DNA of 64,000 nucleotides from a virus: IMG/VR virus record IMGVR_UViG_3300021512_000005, positions 9,040 to 73,039 of that record; one strand, 5' to 3'. Shown piece by piece: positions 20,279 to 28,433 of this stretch (position 1 is its first letter; each line of letters starts with the position of its first letter). The notes under the pieces were generated by a model. It saw only the letters and a program-made list of their open reading frames with translations, ran no database searches and was not told where the DNA came from. The position numbers and the translations under genes were made by a program.

Positions 20279-21732
20279 TATATCCTCCCAGCTATTATTG
20301 CAAGTGTTAAATAAAAATGTTCAGGATCTTTTTCTAATAATAATTTAGCAGTATTTTTATTATTTAAATACTGAAACCCCATTGAAAGTATTTCTGTTGA
20401 TCTTAAATATGGATAAATTTTTCCTATATATGGATGAATAAATTTATCTTTTTTTACAATTTCATATTTATTATAAGGAATATCTGGAAATAAATCCTTT
20501 AAAAATTCAGTTTCATTATTTTTAGTTTTATTATTAAAAAATTTTACTAAAATATTATGAATTTTTTTACTATTATTTTCTATTATATGTCCCAATTCAT
20601 GTCCTAATGTTGCATTTAAATATCCTTCTTTTAATACAATTGTATCTTCAGTAGAATATGATCTTCCTTTTTCATTACTCAAAATTATATTTATTTTTCC
20701 AATTAAAGGTTTTAATGAATCTGAAATTTTTGATGATAAATTAATCATTTCATTTTTTACAAATACAACATCATTAATATTTTTTGAATAAAATTCAAGA
20801 CCATAATTTATTTGATCTTTTTGTGATCCTATTACATTTTGAATAGCAATATTAATATCTTTTTCTTTTTCAAAGGCTTTTTCAAAATCTTTTTTTACAA
20901 AATAAATTTTTTTATCAATTTCAAAATCACCAATTATATTTATCCAATCTGCTGGTTTTTCTTCTTCCTTTCTACCAAGTCTTTGTTTTCTTTGAAATAT
21001 CTTACCTTGACGATGAACTGTTACATAACCTTCATGAGTTCCACGTTCGTTTTTTTCTAATGATAAATTTACTTCTATTTTTGAAATTGAATCAGCAACA
21101 TACATTAAACCATTTTTATGTATTATTTCAGGAAGTTCTCGCAAAGGAATTATTGTACAACGACATTGAGGACGATTAGGTGGATACATGAATTTTTCAT
21201 TAGTTTTTGGATCTATAAATGGATCATTTAACTTTTGAATTTGTCCATTTAATCTTTTACTATCAGCAGCAGTACGTTTATTATTCATTGCTGCTTTCCA
21301 CATTTTGAATTTAACAATACCAGATTTTTCATAAGCACTATGTCTGCCCGCATTCATTGCAGTTAATAATTCAGTTCGTGCTATTCTTTCAAGTTCAAAA
21401 TCTTGCATTCGTTCAAAAATAGTTGATAATCTTTTTTTAATTTGAGTAATTGATTCTTTATTTTGAATTCCTTCTAATAATTCTAATGATAAATTACCCT
21501 TTAATCTTGCCATTATTTTATCAGAAAGAATAATTTCACGATTATGTAAATATTCTAATGCTTCAGGATCTGGTTTTGAATTAGTAAAATTATAATATTT
21601 ATTTGTTTCATTATAACTATCTATAAAAGTATTAATTATTTTTTCTGTAAGAATTTTTTCAAATTCTTCGAATCCTATAGTTTCAATAATTTTTTCTATA
21701 AGTGAAAGTTCTATTTTTAAAAGATTTTGCAT
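20278..21732 (-). CDS. MuF (SPP1 gp7-like) head morphogenesis protein fused to leader and HExxH metallopeptidase-like domain
   Basis: 'ERIARTE' and 'PPNRPQCRC' MuF motifs; internal KIEVNLSLEK-NERGTHEG leader; 'LGHELGHIIE...TEILSMG'. Confidence 0.85.
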   Translation of the reverse strand: MQNLLKIELSLIEKIIETIGFEEFEKILTEKIINTFIDSYNETNKYYNFTNSKPDPEALEYLHNREIILSDKIMARLKGNLSLELLEGIQNKESITQIKKRLSTIFERMQDFELERIARTELLTAMNAGRHSAYEKSGIVKFKMWKAAMNNKRTAADSKRLNGQIQKLNDPFIDPKTNEKFMYPPNRPQCRCTIIPLRELPEIIHKNGLMYVADSISKIEVNLSLEKNERGTHEGYVTVHRQGKIFQRKQRLGRKEEEKPADWINIIGDFEIDKKIYFVKKDFEKAFEKEKDINIAIQNVIGSQKDQINYGLEFYSKNINDVVFVKNEMINLSSKISDSLKPLIGKINIILSNEKGRSYSTEDTIVLKEGYLNATLGHELGHIIENNSKKIHNILVKFFNNKTKNNETEFLKDLFPDIPYNKYEIVKKDKFIHPYIGKIYPYLRSTEILSMGFQYLNNKNTAKLLLEKDPEHFYLTLAIIAGRI

Positions 21733-21831
21733 TCTTTACCTCAATAAATAATTATTATATTTTATTTTTTATTATTTGGATCTTTTATTATATATTTCTT
21801 ATCAAAAATTTACTCTAATACAATATGATAA

Positions 21832-22047
21832 TTATGATTTTTTCTTAAACTGGATACCATTATCACCTTTGTATGGCTTTATATGGTCATTATCACCATT
21901 CCATATTTCTATTGGAATTCTATTCGGGAATGCTTCACATGTACGATTTTCTAAAGATATAAGATACTTACAATAGAAACATGTTGGACTGTAAATTTTA
22001 ATATTCAATTCTCGATCATCTAAAGTATATTTATTCATTTTAATCAC
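21832..22047 (-). CDS. Small Cys-rich protein following the JAB gene
   Basis: CxxC...CEAFPxxIPxEIWxGxxxHxxPxxGDNGIQF; overlaps the stop of the JAB gene. Confidence 0.55.
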   Translation of the reverse strand: MIKMNKYTLDDRELNIKIYSPTCFYCKYLISLENRTCEAFPNRIPIEIWNGDNDHIKPYKGDNGIQFKKKS

Positions 22048-22666
22048 TAATATATTCTATTTCTGGTATATTTTTTGCAACACGAAACCATAATTCATCA
22101 TAATGCTTTGTATTTGCTTCATCAATAGTCATATCACCAGATTGTATTTTGTTAATAAATTCATCCTGTAGTTTTTTATTATTTTTATTGAAAGAAAGTT
22201 CTATTTTATTCCATATTTCTAAAGACATATTAGACCTATCTTTCATTCGTAAAATGTATGTTTTTCCTTTTAACTGTGGTGTTATTACCCGTAATTCTTT
22301 TATTCCTGCCTGACATGCAAATTTTATATCTTCTTTTGAAAAAGAGCCTCCATTTGGATGATTATGAGTAAATATAACACCTTTGAGCTTGGTCATCTCT
22401 TCTAATGTAAAATTAATACGATCTTTTTCACCATTCTTATATAATATAAAATTTCCATTGATATCGAATGCACCACATGATTCAAATGTTTGATCACGTA
22501 TCATGTTTTCATAATCAGAAACTATTTTTTTTTATTTTTGTTGTATATTTTCTGTCTTTTTTCTACCAACTCTTCTATATTCATAGGTAACACCACTTTT
22601 TCTATGAACTGGTACTTTTTCTTTTCTTAATCCATGTTCTAGTTTTGTTAGGTTTATTTCAATCAT
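22040..22666 (-). pseudogene. Leader-family JAB/MPN-domain gene interrupted by an in-frame TAA (22532-22534)
   Basis: ATG 22666 gives MIEINLTKLEHGLRKEKVPVHRKSG...QQK*KKIVSDYEN, in frame with ORF 22040..22504, which carries THNHPxGxSFSxxD. Confidence 0.65.
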
Positions 22667-22842
22667 TTAATTTTAAATTTCTTCTTATTAATCAAATATT
22701 TTTCTAATTTCTTATTTATAATTTCAAATACTTTCATCTTGTTAATGAAATTACTTTCCATCGTGCACGAAACAATGTCCTTTGATTAATTACATTTTTA
22801 CCTCAATAAATAATTATTATTAATAAAAAAAAGAAAAACTAA

Positions 22843-23202
22843 TTATCGACCACTAATAACATCAATTTGATAATTAGTATGACTATCTGCAATTGTTGAT
22901 TTAACTTGAATTTTTATTCTTGCATGACGATTAAGAACAATTTGGACTTCATCATTTATAGCAATTGTATTTGTTGATGTTGTATATCCAATTCCATCAG
23001 TATAACTATTATATACAATTACTTTATAATCCATTTCATTTGTTCCACCTTCATTTGAAATTGTAATTGTAGTATCACTGAGCCATCTAACATCAAGATC
23101 AACAATATTCACATAATTATTTGTTGTTATACCAGTAATTGGTGTTATCATTCTTACTTCATTTTTACTAAATTGACTAATTATATTCCATTGTGTTGTC
23201 AT
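22843..23202 (-). CDS. Hypothetical beta-rich protein
   Basis: 119-aa ORF with GAGG RBS. Confidence 0.5.
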   Translation of the reverse strand: MTTQWNIISQFSKNEVRMITPITGITTNNYVNIVDLDVRWLSDTTITISNEGGTNEMDYKVIVYNSYTDGIGYTTSTNTIAINDEVQIVLNRHARIKIQVKSTIADSHTNYQIDVISGR

Positions 23203-23203
23203 T

Positions 23204-23470
23204 TTAATTTACCTCATTATATTTTTGTTTTATAGTATAGCCTTCTTTTTTTAAAAGAAATAATTTATGTATAAATATTTCTGGTTCATTTACAAAATCA
23301 CTTTCAATTATATGACATTTTTTTATAGAATATAATTCTACAATTTCATTTATATAATTTTGTAAATAATTTACATATTTATTATTTTTTATTTTTGGCT
23401 TAAAATAAATTTTTTTATTTATTATATATTCTCCAATTTCTTGATTATTTTTTAAAATAATATATTTCAT
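23204..23470 (-). CDS. Small protein coupled to the HExxH effector (candidate partner/immunity protein)
   Basis: ATGA overlap with 23467..24387. Confidence 0.45.
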   Translation of the reverse strand: MKYIILKNNQEIGEYIINKKIYFKPKIKNNKYVNYLQNYINEIVELYSIKKCHIIESDFVNEPEIFIHKLFLLKKEGYTIKQKYNEVN

Positions 23471-24387
23471 AATTGACCTCTAATAATATCCATAATTAAA
23501 GAAAAATATTCAGGATCTTTAACCATTAATTTATAATATTTTTTTGGTGAAGATATAAATTCCAATCCTAAACTTAAAATTTCAGTTGCTCCATCATAAT
23601 ATAATCTACCCATATATGGATCTAAAAATTTATCTGGAATTATTTCGTATGATTGACCTCTTTTTGATATCCGTTTAGGAGATTGATTTTTAGTTCTATC
23701 TCTAAAAAAATTTAATATTTTTTCTTTAATTTTACGATTTGAATCTTCAAGATGATGTCCAAATTCATGTATAATTGATGCCATATTCATTGTACCTGCA
23801 CCAACAAATATTGTATTAACTCCATTGTAATATGCACCTACATATTCATCTGGTGTTACATTTAATTTTACATTTGATAAAATTATATTTTTATTTATTT
23901 TTGTATTTATAAATTTATTAAGTTGTGTCATATTTCCTTTTGATACTTTATTAACATCACCATAAAAAACTTCAAATTTTTTTTGATCTATTGATGTAAT
24001 AATTTTATCATACATTTCTCGTGACCCTAATACTTTACCTAAATGTGAATCAATTAATTTATCAATTATTTTAATATTTTTTGTTCCAAATGATTTTTGT
24101 CTTTCTTTTAATAAAATATTAATTTGATCCTTTAAATTTGTTGCATTATTTAAAGATTTTGTTATTGATTCTGTTTCTGATGAAAGTATTGGAAATTCAA
24201 TTGGTGCTTCAGTTTTTAAAATATCAATTTCATTTAATGATATAATAACTCCTTTACCAGTTTCTTTTTTTCGACCAAGTCTTTGTTTACGTTGAAATAT
24301 TTTACCTTGACGATGAACTGTTACATAACCTTCATGAGTTCCTCGTTCATTTTTTAATAGATTTAAATTAATTTCAATCATGTTCAT
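23467..24387 (-). CDS. Leader-family HExxH zinc metallopeptidase-like protein
   Basis: ERGTHEG leader; 'IIHEFGHHLE...PYMGRLY...TEILSLG'; paralogous to the MuF C-terminus. Confidence 0.7.
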   Translation of the reverse strand: MNMIEINLNLLKNERGTHEGYVTVHRQGKIFQRKQRLGRKKETGKGVIISLNEIDILKTEAPIEFPILSSETESITKSLNNATNLKDQINILLKERQKSFGTKNIKIIDKLIDSHLGKVLGSREMYDKIITSIDQKKFEVFYGDVNKVSKGNMTQLNKFINTKINKNIILSNVKLNVTPDEYVGAYYNGVNTIFVGAGTMNMASIIHEFGHHLEDSNRKIKEKILNFFRDRTKNQSPKRISKRGQSYEIIPDKFLDPYMGRLYYDGATEILSLGLEFISSPKKYYKLMVKDPEYFSLIMDIIRGQL

Positions 24388-25319
24388 ATTTTTGCTTCTT
24401 TTACAAATGTATTAAAAAGTTTTGCAATTTTACTTTTATTATTTGGATCTTTTATATAATTATATGCATCTTCTTTTGGTAATTCCATAATTCGTCTACC
24501 AGCCTCAAATCCAATAGAAGCATCTGAATATTCACCAAAAATATCTTTTTCGGCAACATGAGATAATACTTTATCTTTAACTCCCATTATTTGTTTAACA
24601 TATTTATATCCAATTTCTGGTTTATCAAATAAGTCATTAACTTTTTTATTTTTAATAAATGACATTAATTCATCTTTAATTTTCATTGCATCAGATGTAT
24701 CTATTTTTTCTTCTTCTTTATGATCTATTTTTGGTTCATTTGATTTTTCATTTTTAAGTCTAAATACATGACCTTCACTATCATAATCTAAATCTACTCC
24801 AAATGAATTTTTAATTCGTTTTGCAATTAAATTTGATCTTCGTTCAAGTTTTGCTTCTGCTTCTTTATCACCAGATTCTACTCGTATTGCATTTGGGTAA
24901 TATTGTGCTACTGTTGTTTTATCTTTTTGAAGAGTCATTGTTGTATTTTTATAATATTTTCTTTGTGAAACAATTCTATTATTTTTATTTGATTTTTCTT
25001 TTCTTATACTATGTGTAACAATATAAACTCTCCATCCCGGTTCTTTAAAATGTATTGTAATATGTTTACGATCTGGTTTTTCAATTTTATCAACTGTTAA
25101 TGGTAATGGTTTACCTTTAAGAAATGCATCTTTAATTTCTTCATCAGACATTTTATTAATATCTTTATTATTATTTACTTCTTTTCGTCCAACTCGCTGT
25201 TTTCGTTGGAAAATTTTACCTTGCCTATGAACTGTTACATATTCTTCATGTGTTCCACGTTCACTTTTTACAAATTTTAATAATTTTTTTCCTATAGTAG
25301 TATTTAACATTTTAATCAT
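24384..25319 (-). CDS. Leader-family protein with unrecognised C-terminal domain
   Basis: FVK-SERGTHEEYVTVHRQGKIFQRKQRVG leader. Confidence 0.6.
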   Translation of the reverse strand: MIKMLNTTIGKKLLKFVKSERGTHEEYVTVHRQGKIFQRKQRVGRKEVNNNKDINKMSDEEIKDAFLKGKPLPLTVDKIEKPDRKHITIHFKEPGWRVYIVTHSIRKEKSNKNNRIVSQRKYYKNTTMTLQKDKTTVAQYYPNAIRVESGDKEAEAKLERRSNLIAKRIKNSFGVDLDYDSEGHVFRLKNEKSNEPKIDHKEEEKIDTSDAMKIKDELMSFIKNKKVNDLFDKPEIGYKYVKQIMGVKDKVLSHVAEKDIFGEYSDASIGFEAGRRIMELPKEDAYNYIKDPNNKSKIAKLFNTFVKEAKI

Positions 25320-25323
25320 CTCC

Positions 25324-25398
25324 TTAATTTTTATTTTTAGATTTTTTCATCCAAAATTTATTTTCTTTATCTTCATCAATATTTGGTAATAATTTCAT
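25324..25398 (-). CDS. Micro-ORF (24 aa) coupled to ART-like gene
   Basis: ATGA overlap; MKLLPNIDEDKENKFWMKKSKNKN*. Confidence 0.45.
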   Translation of the reverse strand: MKLLPNIDEDKENKFWMKKSKNKN

Positions 25399-26681
25399 TC
25401 TACTATATCCTCACGATTTATTTTAATTTTTTTATCTTTATTTGCAACAATAAATTCATATTCTGCATTACCACCAAATTGATAATCTGTCATACGAATA
25501 TAAGGTGAAGTAAAATAACTAAATAATATATCTTTAATTGGAATTTCTTTTTTAATAATAACTCCTTCACCTTTTGCTGCAAAATCACGTGCAATTGATT
25601 TATCAGATGTCCATGATGATGTAACATAACAATCTACCATAATATTTTCATCTTTTTTTAATTCTGATTTAATAAGATCTGCATAATCTCCTTGGACTCC
25701 ACGATATAATGTTATAGTATCTTTATTCTTAAATCGTTTTTTAAGATCTTTTTGTGTTCTATTTACTTCTGAATAAAATTGATTAACTGCATTTTGATTT
25801 AATTTATTTATTAAATTTTCATGATCACCAATTAATTGAATTTTATTATATAATTTATTATTTTCTATTTCTTTTATTCTTTCATTAATAGCTTCAACAT
25901 AAGCATGATCATCTTTATATTTTTCAGCATATTTTTTTAATTCATTATATTCTCTTTCTAATTTATTATCTAAATTTGGAATTTTAGTTTCATTATTATT
26001 TAAATATGCTTCTGTTAATTCATTTAAATAAAATGATGTTCCTATTGTACTTTTATATGATTCTAAAGCACTACTTATAATATTATTATCTTCTGTTAAT
26101 TTAGCATTTTTAAAATTTCCACCAGTTTTAATTTTTTCTAATTGATTATAATGATTATTTATAGTTTCTATAATTTCTGGTATTTCTTTAATATCTTTAC
26201 CAAACCATTCTTTTTTACCAATTACAACTTTTCCTGTAAAATATGTAACATTACCTCCAGATTTTGGAAAATAACCTGTCTCACGACTAATATAAACTTC
26301 ATCATTACCAATTTTTAATTTTACTGAATTAGATTTTAATGTTTCTAAATCAACATCATATTTATCTGTTATATCTAATTTTTGATTAAATTCATTTAAT
26401 CCTTGAATTATAAAAGTATTCTTATTATTTTTTTCTTTTTCTTTTTGACCAAGTCTCTGCTTACGTTGAAATGTTTTTCCTTGACGATGAACTGTTACAT
26501 AACCTTCATGAGTTCCTCGTTCATCTTTTAATAAATTTAAATTAATTTCTATTTTATTCACCATAATAGCCTTATGTTGTGCTAATGCTTCTTTTTTAGT
26601 TGGAAAACATGATATTATTTTACCTTTATCTTTTCCATGACAATGAATTGTACAAAATTTATTATTAATTTTCTTTATCAT
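25395..26681 (-). CDS. Leader-family ADP-ribosyltransferase-like protein
   Basis: ERGTHEG leader after a 43-aa Cys/His module; TLYRGV, TSSWT, AEYEF. Confidence 0.68.
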   Translation of the reverse strand: MIKKINNKFCTIHCHGKDKGKIISCFPTKKEALAQHKAIMVNKIEINLNLLKDERGTHEGYVTVHRQGKTFQRKQRLGQKEKEKNNKNTFIIQGLNEFNQKLDITDKYDVDLETLKSNSVKLKIGNDEVYISRETGYFPKSGGNVTYFTGKVVIGKKEWFGKDIKEIPEIIETINNHYNQLEKIKTGGNFKNAKLTEDNNIISSALESYKSTIGTSFYLNELTEAYLNNNETKIPNLDNKLEREYNELKKYAEKYKDDHAYVEAINERIKEIENNKLYNKIQLIGDHENLINKLNQNAVNQFYSEVNRTQKDLKKRFKNKDTITLYRGVQGDYADLIKSELKKDENIMVDCYVTSSWTSDKSIARDFAAKGEGVIIKKEIPIKDILFSYFTSPYIRMTDYQFGGNAEYEFIVANKDKKIKINREDIVE

Positions 26682-26760
26682 TCTCCAACCTCATATTTTT
26701 TCGTAACCAATTACGATTAATTGCTTCATCATCAATTTTAATAGTTTTTATTTTTTTCAT
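26665..26760 (-). CDS. Micro-ORF (31 aa) coupled to ART-like gene
   Basis: ATGA overlap; MKKIKTIKIDDEAINRNWLRKNMRLENDKEN*. Confidence 0.45.
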   Translation of the reverse strand: MKKIKTIKIDDEAINRNWLRKNMRLENDKEN

Positions 26761-27686
26761 AATTCATCACCAAATGATACATCATCTTTATAAATAGTAA
26801 TAGGATTTGAAGATATTGTAAATTCTCTTTCACTGAATATATCAGATAAACCCCAAAATAACCAAATATCTTTTTTTGGAAATGAGTGTCTAATAATTAT
26901 TCCATCCTTCATTGCAAAGGCTTTTGCAATATTAAAACGTTCTGACCATGATGATAAAGATGCTAATTCTACTTTACATTTTCCATCTTTATTTAATGTT
27001 TCTTTAATTTTTTCAGCTCTATTTTCTTTAATTCCACGATATAATTTTATATTATCTGTATTTGGAAACATTTTATCTATAACTTGATCAATAAATTTTT
27101 TCATTGCAATAACTTTTTGTAAATAATTTTTATCTAATGCTTTTTCTTTAAGAGTATCTTTTAATTTTTCAATATCAATATCATTTGGTAAATGTGTATC
27201 TAAATTTTTTCCAGTTAATTCATTTATTGCTATTTGTAATTTAACAGAATCTATAAACTGTGGATTATCAAAAAATTTTTCAACACTTTCTTTAACTGAA
27301 TTATCTTTTATATTTCCAGCATAAAATGTAATATCATCAAACATATTTTTAAATTCTATTGCACCTTTTGTAAGTTCAACAGGCACATGAATTTGATGAT
27401 CTTTAAATCCAATATCTTTCCATGTTTGAAATAAATTTGTCCAATCCCAATCAATTCCTATTTCTTTAAATTTATTTGAATATTTATTTAATTCATCACT
27501 GAAATCTAAAGAATCATAATATTTTTGATATTCTTTTTTAACAAATAATTTTTCTTTCCTATTTTCTTCTTTTCTACCAAGCCGCTGTTTACGTTGAAAT
27601 ATTTTACCTTGACGATGAACTGTTACATATCCTTCATGTATTCCACGTTCATCTTTTAATAAATTTAATAAATTAATTTCAATCAT
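26757..27686 (-). CDS. Leader-family ADP-ribosyltransferase-like protein
   Basis: Likely start ATG 27686 (MIEINLLNLLK-DERGIHEG); KLYRGI, LSSWS, SEREF. Confidence 0.68.
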   Translation of the reverse strand: MIEINLLNLLKDERGIHEGYVTVHRQGKIFQRKQRLGRKEENRKEKLFVKKEYQKYYDSLDFSDELNKYSNKFKEIGIDWDWTNLFQTWKDIGFKDHQIHVPVELTKGAIEFKNMFDDITFYAGNIKDNSVKESVEKFFDNPQFIDSVKLQIAINELTGKNLDTHLPNDIDIEKLKDTLKEKALDKNYLQKVIAMKKFIDQVIDKMFPNTDNIKLYRGIKENRAEKIKETLNKDGKCKVELASLSSWSERFNIAKAFAMKDGIIIRHSFPKKDIWLFWGLSDIFSEREFTISSNPITIYKDDVSFGDEL

Positions 27687-27756
27687 CTTTATCTTTATTT
27701 TCTTTATTAATAAATATAAAATCTTCAAATTGCCCAACAAATTTTTTTTGATCCAT
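27679..27756 (-). CDS. Micro-ORF (25 aa) coupled to ART gene
   Basis: TAATG overlap; MDQKKFVGQFEDFIFINKENKDKDD*; its end overlaps the next ATG. Confidence 0.45.
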   Translation of the reverse strand: MDQKKFVGQFEDFIFINKENKDKDD

Positions 27757-28433
27757 TATATTTCCTCTAATTTAATATTTATTTCATTTTGATTTATATT
27801 ATAATCTATAACTTTAAATTTTGTACCATAATCAAATAATACTTCATCTTCAGATGAAAAATGAGATAAACCACTAACTACAACTCCATTTTTACTTTTA
27901 ATTTCCATATATATTGGTGGAGTATTTCGTGGATAAAGATATGCGAATGCTTTTGATAATTTTTGATTTATTGTTGTAGATGTAAAAGGTTTTATTTGAA
28001 TTATACCTTTTTTAATTTCTTGCATAAATTTATCAAATTCAATTTTATTATTAATAGAAACTCCTCTATAAACAATACCATTAAATTTTGGTGCATCATG
28101 TAAAAAATTAGATATTGATTGAATATCTTCTGGTGGTAAATATGAATTAAATATATTATCTGGAATACGTCGCATTGTTTTATTTATATGTTCATATCCT
28201 GATTTACAATAATTAATTACATTATTTATATCTTCTTTCCTATTAGGATTATTATTAATCCATAATTCAACATCTTTTAATGAATTAATATATTTATCTT
28301 TATTTGATTCAACTTTCTTTTGCCCAAGTCTTTGCTTACGCTGAAATACTTTACCTTGTCGATGAACTGTTACATAACCTTCGTGAGTTCCACGTTCATC
28401 TTTTGATAAATTTAATAAATTAATCTCTATCAT
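27756..28433 (-). CDS. Leader-family VIP2/Alt-like ADP-ribosyltransferase
   Basis: YxxINxxxR helix, IVYRG, FTSTT and EDEVL (ExE) motifs. Confidence 0.82.
   Translation of the reverse strand: MIEINLLNLSKDERGTHEGYVTVHRQGKVFQRKQRLGQKKVESNKDKYINSLKDVELWINNNPNRKEDINNVINYCKSGYEHINKTMRRIPDNIFNSYLPPEDIQSISNFLHDAPKFNGIVYRGVSINNKIEFDKFMQEIKKGIIQIKPFTSTTINQKLSKAFAYLYPRNTPPIYMEIKSKNGVVVSGLSHFSSEDEVLFDYGTKFKVIDYNINQNEINIKLEEI

Noticed and set aside
22532-22534. Genome-wide stop-codon reassignment
   Set aside because: This is an isolated in-frame TAA; TAA terminates most other genes normally and long genes are intact in the standard code.
27687-27740. TTG-start N-terminal extension of ORF 26757..27740
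   Set aside because: The ATG at 27686 gives the family leader MIEINL, and the upstream bases are better explained by the coupled micro-ORF in another frame.
16679-28433. Diversity-generating retroelement as the source of effector variation
   Set aside because: No reverse transcriptase and no TR/VR pair with adenine-specific differences seen; the variation is whole-domain exchange.
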